Assembly: GCF_036365525.1 (NCBI RefSeq)
Contig: NC_090417.1
Location: forward strand, 18,762,900 to 18,826,899
Direction: 5' to 3'
From: Heterodontus francisci
Taxonomy: Eukaryota
DNA length: 64,000 nt
Under the pieces are notes generated by a model, which was not told where the DNA came from, searched no databases, and worked only from the letters and a program-made list of their open reading frames with translations. The first letter of the stretch is position 1, and the number at the start of each line of letters is the position of its first letter. Below are positions 52,210 to 64,000 of the stretch, piece by piece. The position numbers and the translations under genes were made by a program.

Positions 52210-54870
52210 CAATAATGGGGGCTTGTGGGAAAGGTACTACAATAATCCTGGGTGTTAATAATCATAATATCGATTGGCAAAGTTAGCCTGGAGGTTGGAT
52301 TAATAGAGTGCATCAGGGACAGTTTCTTGGAACAATATCTTCTGGAACCAAAACAAGAAATGCTGGAAATACTCAGCAGGTCCGGCAGCATCTGTGGAGA
52401 GAGAAGCAGAGTAGACCTTTCAGGTCAGTGACCCTTCAGTGAAGAAGGTTAACTCTGTCTCCACAGATGCTGCCAGACCTGCTGAGTATTAACAGCATTT
52501 CTTGTTTTTATTTTGGATTTCCAGCATCCGCAGTATTTTGCTTTTATCTTCTGGAACCAACCTGAAAGCAGGCTATTTTAGACCTGGTAATGTGTAATGA
52601 GACAGGGCGAATAAATGACCGCACAGTAAAGGATCCTGTAGGCAACAGTGATCATAACGTGATAGAATTTTGCATTCCGTATGAGGGGAGAAGTTTGGGT
52701 CTGAAACTAGTGTCTTAAACTTAAATAAAGGCAGTTACAAGGGTATGAAGACAGAGATGGCCCAAGGGGACTGGGAGAATAAATTAAAAGGTAAGACAGT
52801 AGAGAAGCAGCAGCAGACATTTCATAACTCTGAACAAAGATTTTTATCCATTGAGAAAGAAAGATTTCATGAAAAGGTTGCACCATCTGTGGTTCAGTAA
52901 GGAAGCTAAGGATGTTATCAAATTTTAAGACAAGGCATAAAACGCTGCCAAGTTCAGTGGTAGGCCAGAAGATTGACAACATTTTGGAAATCAGCAGAGG
53001 TTGACGAAATAAAAAAAAATGGAGAAATGAGAGTAAATGAGCAAAAAATGTAAAAACAAACAGGAAATGAGCAAAAAATGTAAAAACAAACAGGAAACGC
53101 TTCTGCAAATATACAAGAAGGAAGAGAGTAGTGAAACTAAGTATTGGTCCCTCAGAGGATGAGACTGGAGAATTAATAATGGGAAACAAGGAAATAGCAG
53201 AGACTTGGAACAGGTATTTTGTATCTGTCTTCGCAGCAGAAGACAGAAAAAGCATTGTAGTAATAGAAAATCAAGAGGCAAAGGGGAGGGAGGAACTTGA
53301 ATCAATCACTATCACTAGAGAAAAAGTACTGGGAAAACTGATGGGGCTAAAGGCTGATAAGGCTGGACCTGATGGCCTGCATCCTAAGGTCTTCAAAGAA
53401 GTGGTTGCTGAGATAGTGGATGCATTGGTTGTAATCTTAGAAAATTCCCTACATTCTGGAAAGGTCCCATTGGATTGGAAAACCGCAAATGTCACGACTC
53501 TATTCAAGAAAGGTCGGGGAGGTGACAGAAAGCAGGAAACTATAGGTCAGTTAGCTTAGCACCTATCCTTGGGAAAATGATAGAATCTGATATTCAGGAA
53601 GGTAGTAGGAGGACAATTAGAAAATGATAATGCAATTAAGCAGAGTCAACATGGTTTTATGAAATGGAAATCGTGTTTGACAAATCTATTCGAGTTCTTT
53701 GAGGATGCAGCAAGCAGGATGGATAAAGGGGAACCAGTATATGTAGTGTATTTGGATTTCCAAAAGGCATTTGATAAGGTAGCACATAAAAGGTTGCTAC
53801 ACAAGAGCTAATGGAATTGGGGGTAATATATGAGCTTGGGTAGAGGATTGGCTAACTAACTGGAAACAGAGTTGGGATAAGTGGGCATTTTCAGGTTGGC
53901 AAACTGTAACTAGTGAAGTGCTACAGGCATCAGTGCTGGGGCCTGATCTATTTACAATCTATTTAGAGTTGGACAAAGGAAGGCACATTTGCAACGATAA
54001 AAAGATAGTTAGGAAAGCAAGTTATGTGGAGGACACAAAGTGTCTGCTTAGAGTTATAGATAAGTGAAGTGAGTGGGCAAAAAATTTGCAGATGATGTTT
54101 AGTGTTGGAAGATGAGAGGTTGTCCACTTTTCAGGAAAGTATAGAAAAGCGGAATGTTATTTACATGGAGAGGGACTGCAGAATGATGTGGTATCGAGGG
54201 ATCTGGGTGTCCTTGTTCATGAATCACAAAAATTTAGCGTGCACATCCAGCAAGTAATTAAGAAGGCAGATGAAATGGTGTCCTTGATTGCAAGGGGGAT
54301 GGAGCATAGAAGTAGGGAGGTCTTGCTACAGTTGTACAGGGCATTGGTGAGACCACCAGACTACTGCTTATAGTTTTGGTCTCCTTTCTTAAGGAGGGAT
54401 AGAATTGCATTGGTAGCAGTTCAGAGAGGTTTACTAAGCTGATTCCTGGGATGAAGGGCTTGGGTTATAAGGAATGGTTGAGCAGGTTGGGCCGATACTC
54501 ATTGGAGTTTAGAAGAATGAGAGGTGATCTCACTGAAACATAAAAGATTCTGAGGAGGCTTCACAGGGTCGATGCTGAGAGGATGTTTCCCCTCGTGGGG
54601 GCATCTAGAACTTGGGGGTGCAGTTTCAAAATAAGGTGCCTCCCTTTAAGACTGAGATGAGGAGGAATTTCTTCTGAGGGTTGTTAATCTTTGGGATTCA
54701 GAGAACAGTGGAGGCTGGGTCTTTGACAATATTCAAGGCCAAGTAAGACAAGGAATGGAGGGTTATGGGGGTTATGTAGGTAAGTGGAGTTGAGGCCACA
54801 GTCAAATCAGGCATGATCTTAATAAGTGGCGGAGCAGCCTGAATGGCGGACTCCTGCTCTGTTTCTTAGG
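52210..54870 (+). mobile_element. Degraded CR1 LINE ORF2, with a hairpin insertion and a 30-bp tandem duplication (~53035-53097)
   Basis: ORF 53131..53559 GPDGLHPKVFKEV..DWKTANVT; downstream RT and 3' UTR remnants. Confidence 0.9.
52352..52544. mobile_element. Inverted-repeat (hairpin) Penelope-derived insertion with 16-bp TSD
   Basis: TATCTTCTGGAACCAA at 52336-52351 and 52545-52560; ~60-bp inverted arms. Confidence 0.8.
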
Positions 54871-55174
54871 TTTGTAAAGCTTGTTGAGAAACCCAAGTCA
54901 AGTGTGAGACCATGTTCTGCAGGAAACCATCAGGCTGATGAATAAGTCAGGCATGTGTTGGGTTGAGCAATTTGAGGTTTAAGATGCCAAAACCAATCCA
55001 TGTCTCGGAGGGAGACTAGGAATCTTTCTATTTATAACTTGGACATGAGAGGAAAGTCCAGGGAACACTGGCATTAGCAGTGTTGGTAAACGAGAGAAAG
55101 ATTGAATGCAAGAGGAGAGGACAGGTCAGTGTGAGCGGACTTCGAGCTTGTCCAAAATGTTTGTGGTGAAAATG

Positions 55175-56850
55175 GGTGAGGTGAGAGTGACTGCCCTTGA
55201 CATCAGGCAACATTTGACCGAGTGTGGCGTCAAGGAGCCTGAGCAAAACTGGAGTCGATGGGAATCAGGAGGAAAACACTCTGCTGGTTGGAGTCATATC
55301 TTGCACAAAGGAAGATGGTTGTCGTTCATAGATCATAGAGAGATACAGCACTGAAACAGGCCCTTTGGCCCACTGAGTCTGTGCCGACCAACAACCACCC
55401 ATTTATACTAATCCTACGTTAATCCCATATTCCCTACCACATCCCCACAATTCTCCTACCACTTAGCTACACTAGGGGCAATTTACAACGGCCGATTTAC
55501 CTATCAACCTGCAAGTCTTTGGCTGTGGGAGGAAACCGGAGTACCCCGTGGAAACCCACGCGGTCACAGGGAGAACTTGCAAACTCCACACAGGCAGTAC
55601 CCAGAATCGAACCCGGGTCGTTGGAGTTGTGAGGCTGCGGTGCTAACCACTGCGCCAATGTGCCGCCCGTTGTTGGAGGTTAATCATCTTAGACGCAGGG
55701 CATCACTGCAGGACTTCCTCAGGGTAGTGTCCTTGGCCCAACCATTTTCAGCTGCTTCATCAATAACTTTACATCTGTCATAATGTCTGAAGTGGGGATG
55801 TTCGCTGCTGATTGCACATTCGTGACTCTTCAGATAGTGAAGCAGTCCATGTCCAGTTGCAGCAAGACCTAGACAGCATCCAGGCTTGGGCTGATAAGTG
55901 GCAAGTAACATTAGCACTACACAAGGATCAGGCAATGACCATCTCCAACAAGAGAGAATCTAACCATCTCCCCTTGACGTTCAATGGCGTTACCTTCGCT
56001 GAATCCCCCACTATCAACATCCTGGGGGTCATCATTGACCAGAAACTGAACTGGATCAGCCATGTAAATGCTGTGGCTACTAGAGCAGGTTAGAGGCTGG
56101 GAATTCTGTGGTGAGTAACTCACCTCCTGTTTCCCCGATGCCTGTCCAACATCTACAAGGCACAAGTCAGGAGTGTGATGGTTTGATAGCACCTTCCAAA
56201 CCTGCAACCTCTGCCACCTAGAAGGCATCAGAGGTATAGAGTAAGTGGGAGGTTTCTGTGGGAGAGACTAAAACTAGGGGCACAGCTTAAAATGAAGTGT
56301 TTCCGATTTCAGACAGAGATGAGAAATCTTTTCTCTGAGGGTCGAGAGTTTGTGGAACTCTCTTCCCCGAAGAGCGGTAGAAGCAAGGTCATTGAATGTT
56401 TTTAAGGCAGAGGAAAGCAGATTCTTTACAACAAGGGAGTCAAAGGGTATCGGGGGTAGGCAAGATAGTGGAGCTGAGTCCACAAATAGATCAGCATGAT
56501 TTTATAGAAAGACTGAGCAGGATCGAGGGAGACGAATATCCTACTCTTACTCCGAGTTTTAATGTTCAATTGTCAGGACAAGGACAGCAGATGCATGGGA
56601 ACACCATCACCTGCAAGTTCCCCTCCAAGTCACACACCAGCCTGACATGGAACGAGATCGCCGTTCCTTCACTGTTGCTGGGTCAAAATCCTGGAACTCC
56701 CTTCCTAACAGCACTGTGGGTGTCCCGACCCCACATGGACTGCAGTGGTTCAATAAGGCAGCTCACCACCACCTTCTCAAGGGCAATTAGGGATGGGAAA
56801 TAAATGCTGGTCGAGCCAGCAACGCCCACATCACACGAACCAATTTTTAA
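55175..56850 (+). mobile_element. Second copy of the 38911-40640 LINE family, with nested HE1 SINE and a CR1 3' end (~56230-56570)
   Basis: ORF 55812..56093 closely parallels 39558..40319. Confidence 0.85.
55327..55668 (-). mobile_element. Full-length HE1-type V-SINE
   Basis: Same head and V-domain as other copies; TCTATGA-type tail. Confidence 0.9.
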
Positions 56851-57770
56851 AAAAAACTGAATACCAGCTCCAAAACTGGGGGTACAGGAGTGTATTGGTG
56901 ATGTTACTAGACGACTGGCCTGGATTAATAATCCAGACAACGTGAGTTCAAATCCCGCTTCGCATTTCGAGAAATGGATTTCAGATTTTTTGATAAAAAC
57001 CTGGAATTAAAAATCTGGTCTCAGGAAACATGACCATGAAGCTGTTGGTTTGTTGTAAAATCCCATCTGGTTCACTGAAGTCTTCTAAGGAGGGAAACCT
57101 ACCATCCTGATGCAGTCTGGCCAATATGTGACTCCAGTGCCATACTGTGGTGACGAGATTCTGCACTAGTATGGAGGACAGACTGCACGAGTTTGCTGTT
57201 TGTCGGAGAATCCACCAAAGTTGGGTTGCGCAGTATTCATTATTTATATATTGCTTAACTTAAGTTTCACCAATCGCATCCAAGTGAATCTGATCACTGT
57301 TGCTCTGTATGTTCACCTTACTTTGTATTAAAGCAGCTTAATGTTTCTAACACCCTTGCTTTAGCTGAAGTGATTGGAGAAATAAATCTGCGCTCGACAT
57401 GAGATCTGCAGATCTAGAGGGAATGCTATTGTTAGATTCCTGGTGTGCAATATTGGACAGTGTGAATCTTTGTAATGTTGTTGGCTGAAGTTCCCTGCTG
57501 ATCATCTCAACCTATTCAAGAGGACAGACAGGTCCTCGGTTTAACCTCATCCAAAAAATGGCACCTCTGGCAGAGCAGCACTCCCTCAGTACTGCACTGG
57601 GAGCGTCGGCCTGAATTATGAATTCATGTCTTTGGAGTGGGGTTTGAACCCATGACATTCTTACTGAGAGGTGAGAGTGCTACCCACTGAGTGGCAACTG
57701 ACAGTCATCAAAGTACGCAGTTTTGCTTCTAGTTGTGGTTCAGATTTCTGGGTTTCATTTGGTCTTGTAG

Positions 57771-57911
57771 GACTTGGCTGTGCAGGTCAACCTAACTCCA
57801 GAACAGCATCACCTGGCTTTAGGAAAACTGCTGAACAATATGAAGAAGAATACCTCTGTCCAGGAGGAGCTGGCGCACTGGGGGCTCGTCATAGATAATG
57901 ACATTCATAAG
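57771..57911 (+). CDS. PIWIL2: PIWIL2 exon 14 (DLAVQVNLTPEQHHLALGKLLNNMKKNTSVQEELAHWGLVIDNDIHK)
   Basis: Manual translation; AG/GT boundaries, phase 0-0. Confidence 0.94.
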
Positions 57912-58902
57912 GTGGGTATTTGTGCTTGTCGGGAAGTAGCTTCCTAATCTGTGACCTTCGTTGGGAGGGAAATGTCACAACAGGTACAGATTGGATACAT
58001 CCCCCAGATGGAGCAGGGGAAACTGAAGAGTCCATCTCCTGAGATGTTCTCGCCCAGGGCCGAGTGGGTCCATTGTGTTCCGTTGTGTTATGCTGTAAAG
58101 CAGCTGGGTGTATAGTTGCCATTTCTCCCTGGGGTGAGTTTGATACTTAGCCATAGACAGGGAATAGAGAGCCAGCCAGCCATCATCTGCCAGCTGTATC
58201 AACTGGCCTTGGTGGAATCTGGCAGCAGGTTGTTTGCCCACCTTGCCCTGCCCATCTTGGGTTCGGAATGGCACATGCTATGGAGAGGTTCAGGGATGAA
58301 AGACTTGTTTTTATACAGTGATTTTCACAACCTCATGAAGTCCCAAAGCACTTTACAGCCAAAGAAGTATTTTTGAAATGTAGTTACTGTTCTGTAGTAA
58401 GTGTGGCAGATCATGTGCACACAGCACGATCCCAGCAACAGCAATGACTGGGGAGCACTTCCCTGCTCCTCTTGGAATTAATACTTTGGATCTTTTATGT
58501 CAAGCTGAGAGGTCAGACAGTGCCTCAGTTTAATGTCTCATCCAAAAGATGGCACCTCTGACAGTGCAGCACTCCTTCAATACAGAAGTGGAGTGTCAGC
58601 CTATATTAAGTGCTCAAGTCTTTGAAGAGGAGCTTGACTCCGCTCCATGACTTGGAGGCGGGAGTACTCCCCACTGAGCCACAGCTGACACCTTTCGGAA
58701 AGAAGGCAAGGAAGACCAGAAGGGAAGGGGCTCCAACTTGTTTTAAAATGGGAGTGAGAAAGCTTCAGCATTTAAGTAAAACTAGCCAGCTGTTAGTGAC
58801 ACACCAGCGCTAAAGTCTGCCTTGAGATAGCATGTCTGACTGGATGATTGGTGGTAATTTTTTCGTTTATTATTTTCCTTCTTGGCTGAATTCCTTTGAC
58901 AG

Positions 58903-59016
58903 ACGGAGGGAAGAGTCCTTCCTCCAGAAAAGATCATCCTACGATACAAGGCATTTCCAAGTGGGGCTGATGTCAACTGGTCGAGAGTGGTTGCACGAGA
59001 GAAAGTGATATTGGCG
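58903..59016 (+). CDS. PIWIL2: PIWIL2 exon 15 (TEGRVLPPEKIILRYKAFPSGADVNWSRVVAREKVILA)
   Basis: GRVLPPEKI motif; AG/GTAAG boundaries. Confidence 0.95.
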
Positions 59017-59578
59017 GTAAGCAGTCTAGAGGACAAACGCAGCCGTCTGACTGTCAGACAGAGTCTGTCTTTGTTTCATTGCAGTAGGGCAGCAGACAAG
59101 CGAAGATTTATTGATGCATTCAGTTCAGTTATCAAATACATCAAAGTTGCAACACGGAACAAACAATTCAGCCCTACCAGTCCTTGTTGGCATTTACGCT
59201 CCGTGCAGGCCTTTCAGTCCTGACCACATTTGTAAATCGCACAATCCCTTTCCCCTTTTCCATCATCCATCTATCCAATATAATCTTGAATGTTGTCATA
59301 ATATTTGACTTGACCACTGGTCCTGGAAGGGGCATCACGCATGAATTCCTGAGTACATATTCATCAGTTAGGAATGCAAAAGGCTGCCCAGCTTTTCATG
59401 CATAAATGACCTGTTTCAGGCCCCAGTCTTGACCAGTGTAATGTGTTTACTGCTGAAAAAAAACTTCCCATCTCTTGTCTCCATAATGAGAAGGTCTCAA
59501 TTCTGAGTGATCTGCAGGATCATGTGGTCTCAACCCAGCTGTACTTATTTCCACTGGTTTTGAGTGGACCTCGGGGGA

Positions 59579-59920
59579 GGCGCAGTGGTTAGCACTGCAG
59601 CCTCACAGCTCCAGGGACCCGGGTTCGATTCTGGGTACTGCCTGTGTGGAGTTTGCAAGTTCTCCCTGTGTCTGCGTGGGTTTTCTCTGGGTGCTCCGGT
59701 TTCCTCCCACAAGCCAAAAGACTTGCAGGTTGGTAGGTAAATTGACCATTATAAATTGTCACTAGTATAGGTAGGTGGTAGGGAAGTATAGGGACAGGTG
59801 GGGATGTTTGGTAGGAATATGGGATTAGTGTAGAATTAGTATAAATGGGTGGTTGATGGTCGGCACAGACTCGGTGGGCCGAAGGGCCTGTTTCAGTGTT
59901 GTATCTCTAATCTAATCTAA
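59579..59920 (+). mobile_element. HE1-type V-SINE
   Basis: GGCGCAGTGGTTAGC head, B-box GGTTCGATTC, (CTAAT)n tail. Confidence 0.9.
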
Positions 59921-60700
59921 AAACAATTTTAAGTGGGTTTAGCTTTGGGGTCACCCACTCACTTAATGCAGTTTCAAGTGCATGAAAGCCATGTGGAACA
60001 TGGAAGGGTTAAGAGTAAAAATAATATGGATGCTCAGGGGGTGGAGACAGCATTATGGTGGATCATATGGAAAAAAAAAGGCATTTCTGCAGTGCCTTTC
60101 ACGACCTCATGATGTCCCAAAGTGCTTCAGAGCCAATTATGTACTTTGAAAGTGATTTCTGTTGTAATGTTGGAAATGTGGCGATCAGTTTGTGCAAAGC
60201 AAGCTCCCACAAGCAACAATGTGATAACAACCAGAGAACCTGTTCTTTAGGTGTTGGTTGAGGAATAAATATTGCTCAGAACACTGGGAGAGCAATAGTG
60301 CTGTGGGATTCCATACATCCACTTGAGAAAGGAGAGAGGGTCTGAGTTTAATGTGTCATTCAAAAGACGGCACTCTGATAGAGCAGCACGTCCCCAGTGC
60401 TTGCACTGAAGCGTTGGCTTAAATTTTATGCTCAAGTCTCCGGAGTGGGACTTGAATGCACAACCTTCTGATTCAGAGTCGAGAGAGCTACCCACTGAGT
60501 CATTGCTGATGCAACACAGATTGAAGAGTAACTAGAGCAAATGGGGAAACTCAAAAGATGTTTTTTCCATGCAGAAAGATATCAGAGCTATGATTTGGAG
60601 ACAGATTGTAATATTTTTGTCAATATAAAAGGGGCAGGCGTTTTCTTTGTAGAATGCTGGCTAGTGTTTTTGAATATTTGCTTTCTTGTTTTGAGCGCAG

Positions 60701-60889
60701 GCCCCATTGCAGTGCTGGACTCTGTTTTACACCAAGCACAGTGTGACACATGCCAAAGACCTGGTCAGCTTCATGTCCAAGGTGGCAGAGCCCATTGGAA
60801 TGACCTTTCAGCAGCCTGCATATATAGAGCTGAAGGACGATCGCACCCAGACCTATATCCGAACTCTGCAGTCACATCTGGAGAGCAAC
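60701..60889 (+). CDS. PIWIL2: PIWIL2 exon 16, MID domain (APLQCWTLFY...ELKDDRTQTYIRTLQSHLESN)
   Basis: Overlaps ORF 60707..60961; AG/GT boundaries. Confidence 0.95.
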
Positions 60890-61269
60890 GTACGTTACAG
60901 GTTACTCTTAGCAATTTTGTGTCTCAGCTGGAGGGAATGTTTTGAAGTGAAAACCTACTGATCTGTGCAGTGTATAATTGTATAAGATGTATGCAGTCCT
61001 TTCGGGTAGTGCTCTGACTCCACGATGGAGCTTGACAGATCTGTCTCGGAACGGCCTTGATGCTTATTTAGCTTATTGGCTTCAAGACATTTGAAGAAAA
61101 AGACAGCTTCATGGCAGTGCTGTCTTTCAGATCAGACTTTAAACCAAGACTCTGTCTGCCCTCGCAGGACAGAAGCATTCTCCCAGTATCCTCCCCCGAT
61201 ATTTACATTTCTACCCCAAAACAGACTGTCAGAGCTTTTGTTTCCTTGCAATTTGTGAATTGTTGCCCT

Positions 61270-62642
61270 TGTTGCAACCGAGGCAGGAGGATTGCATTGT
61301 TTATTCTAGCCCCACTTCTCCACAGGTCACAATGTATATTTATATTTTCCCACTTACCAATATAGTCAACCATAGACTTTTTCCCAGAATAAAACACACC
61401 AACCAGGTTTTTTCAATAAACCTCAAAATTATCAGTTTATTATAAAACAAATCTTAACCAATAATAAAATAAAACATACAAATTCAAGTATTAAAGCTCC
61501 TTATTTATCCTAGCCCTCAGACACACATTCACACTGGTTAACTGGGGGGGAAAAAAGGGATTTCTGTTTTACAGCTGTTAAAAAGAAACAAAAGGAATTT
61601 TTAAAAAAACACTTAGGCTGTAAAGAAGGTATGGAAAGATGTCCATTGTTTTGGTTAAGCATCCCAAATGCGTATAGACTGCTGTCATTTGGATCTTCCT
61701 AGAACAGTTCTTAGCAGGAGATGTTGAAGATGAGTTTGGGCAGGATTTGCAAGAGGTGCAGCTACAGAGGCTACAAATAGATCTTGCAGCAGGAAAGCAA
61801 CAACAAGGTTTTAGTTCCCACACATTCGATATGCAAAGGTTTCTCCAAACATGCAGGGTTTCTTCAAATACAGGAGGAAATAGGAAACTGCCATACTGTA
61901 CGCAGGCTGTGTTTTCAAGAGAGGGAGAACTGAGTTGTTCTTTTTCTGGCAGGCCAAATCAACTCTCAAATGTAACAGTTCAAACTGAAACTAAAGCCTT
62001 CCAAAAGTCAAGTCTCATGACATCTATAAATCTTGGCTTGTCACTTCTTTGTAAACATCTCCCTAAGTCAGAACAACCCCTGTTGGGTGACCATCCACAA
62101 ACATGAGCCTACCAGTAAGGGTGGCACAGTGGCGCAGTGGTTAGCACCGCAGCTTCACAGCTCCAGCGACCCGGGTTCAATTCTGGGTACTGCCTGTGTG
62201 GAGTATGCAAGTTCTCCCTGTGTCTGCGTGGGTTTCCTCCGGGTGCTCTGGTTTCCTCCCACAGCCCAAAGACTTGCAGGTTGATAGGTAAATTGGCCAT
62301 TATAAATTGCCCCTAGTATAGGTAGGTGGTAGGGAAATATAGGGACAGGTGAGGATGTTTGGTAGGAATATGGGATTAGTGTAGGATTAGTATAAATGGG
62401 TGGTTAATGGTCGGCACCGACTCGGTGGACCGAAGGGCCTGTTTCAGTGCTGTATCTCTAAATCAAATCTAAATCAAACCTGTTTACTAGCCAAATCCTG
62501 GAACCTTCTGGTAACTTGTAAAAAAAATAAAACCCACATTGTTCAGCCATCTCTTCAAGATTCCAGATCAATCAGTGTCCATGATTCGAATATAAGTCTG
62601 TACAACATATTTGATAAAAGAAATAGAAGCAGTTTCGTAACA
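61270..62642. mobile_element. Solo LTR (~1.0 kb net) containing an HE1 SINE
   Basis: TGTTGC...GTAACA termini; CCCT duplication at 61266-61269 and 62643-62646. Confidence 0.75.
62119..62477 (+). mobile_element. Full-length HE1-type V-SINE nested in solo LTR
   Basis: Near identity with 59579-59920. Confidence 0.9.
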
Positions 62643-62824
62643 CCCTGCTGAAATTGGCTGACCTGTGTGCCTCCATAACAGTAATTGCAGTTGAAAAGAG
62701 ATTCATTGCAATATATTCGAGACTTTGGAATGTCCTGAGGATGTGAAAGACAGGAGAAACTGCAAGTTGTTTCTTTTCTCCTGTCACTGGATTCTTGGAA
62801 AGCAATGGGAATGTCAAAATGGTT

Positions 62825-63310
62825 CATACGAACATGCGAATTAGGTGCGGGAGTTGGCCACTCGACCCCTCGAGCCTGCTCCGCCATTCAATAAGTTCAT
62901 GGCTGAACTGATTACTCCACATTTCCACCTACCCCCGATAACCTTTCACCCCCCCCCCCCCCTTATCAAGAATCTATCTACCTCTGTCTTAAAAATATTC
63001 AAAGACTCTGCTTCCACTGCCTTTTGAGGAAGAGAATTCCAAAGACTCACGACCCTCTGAGAGAAATAATTTCTCCTCATCTCTGTCTTAAATGGGCAAT
63101 TCCTTACTTTTTAAACAGTGACCCCTCGTTTGACATTCTCCCACAAGGGGAAACATCCTTTCCACCCTGTCAAGACACCTCAGGATCTTGTATGCTTCAA
63201 TCAAGTCACCTCTTACTCTTCTAAATTCCAGCAGGTACAAGCCTAGCCTGTCCAATCTTTCCTGGTAAGACAGGTCACCCATTCCAGGTATTAGTCTAGT
63301 AAACCTTCAG
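62825..63310 (-). mobile_element. CR1 3' fragment
   Basis: ORF 63088..63282 LSYQERLDRLGLY.LEFRRVRGDLIE. Confidence 0.85.
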
Positions 63311-63563
63311 AAAAGGTATGGGTGAACACTGAGTAGAGAAAGCCTTAACTGTGTATCTTGCATGCTGTTCATGGATATAGCAGTGCTCACGAGTGACCCT
63401 GAGTGTGGAATATGTGTTTTTTTTCTCCCCAGCACTGCTGACTCTCATTTTAGCGAGCACAAAACTTCCTTCAAGGTGGAACAAGTTAGTTGAATGTTGT
63501 CACTGTGCAATTTCACGTTGGTTTGAGATGTAAATATGTTAAACTTGTGTTTGATGTTTACAG

Positions 63564-63665
63564 GCTTCAGTTAAGTTTGTGGTGTGTATAGTGACTGGCA
63601 ATCGTGATGACCTGTACCATGCCATTAAGAAACTCTGCTGTGTGCAATCTCCAGTATCCTCACAG
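63564..63665 (+). CDS. PIWIL2: PIWIL2 exon 17, MID domain ([34 protein letters not shown]); gene continues beyond window
   Basis: DDLY.AIKKLCC..SP..SQ 5'-phosphate-pocket motif; AG/GTAAG boundaries. Confidence 0.96.
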
Positions 63666-64000
63666 GTAAGAATTCAGTTCGTGGACAATAGGAAGAGCCT
63701 GGTGGCACAAAGACTGTTATCCACACACATCTTGTGATGCTTTGCAAACCCAGTGGTGTCATTGGACTCCATTTATCCATTAAACTGCAGTGTCCCAGGG
63801 ACTGAAGTTGGGCCGTTGCTTTTTAACATATTTAGAGGAACAGGCATAGGACCCTACAGATCACAGCTGACGTCGGCATCAAATTCATTTACCTGGCTGG
63901 ATCCTGTACCTCATGGAATTGAGTTGGAAGTGTAAAAAGGAAGTTTGCACATCATATTAAAGTGGGAGAGACTGCAAGCAACAGGGAACAGACTGATGAA

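Overview
Eukaryotic (vertebrate) genomic DNA, very probably from a shark or ray: it carries HE1-type V-SINEs, abundant CR1 LINEs and Deu-domain SINEs. Two intron-containing genes lie head-to-head around a GC/CpG-rich promoter at ~13.6-14.4 kb. On the - strand is DBNL (drebrin-like; coding exons 1-7 traced, ATG at 13676, gene runs off the left edge). On the + strand is PIWIL2 (putative first exon ending at 14333; coding exons 2-17 traced in one continuous frame of 697 codons, ATG at 26601, gene runs off the right edge before most of the PIWI domain). Introns are mostly retroelement debris (CR1, L2, RTE, SINEs). They also hold two solo LTRs with 4-bp target-site duplications, Penelope-type hammerhead-ribozyme remnants and several minisatellites. 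The most notable points are: the shared promoter with a 4x Myb+NRF1-like module on the DBNL side and CCAAT/E-box/E2F sites on the PIWIL2 side; two GC-AG introns in PIWIL2; a three-level RTE<CR1<LTR nest; and inverted young SINEs around in-frame PIWIL2 exons 14-16. I found no evidence of a wholly new gene system. Gene and repeat names rest on recalled similarity, not database searches, and repeat boundaries are approximate.
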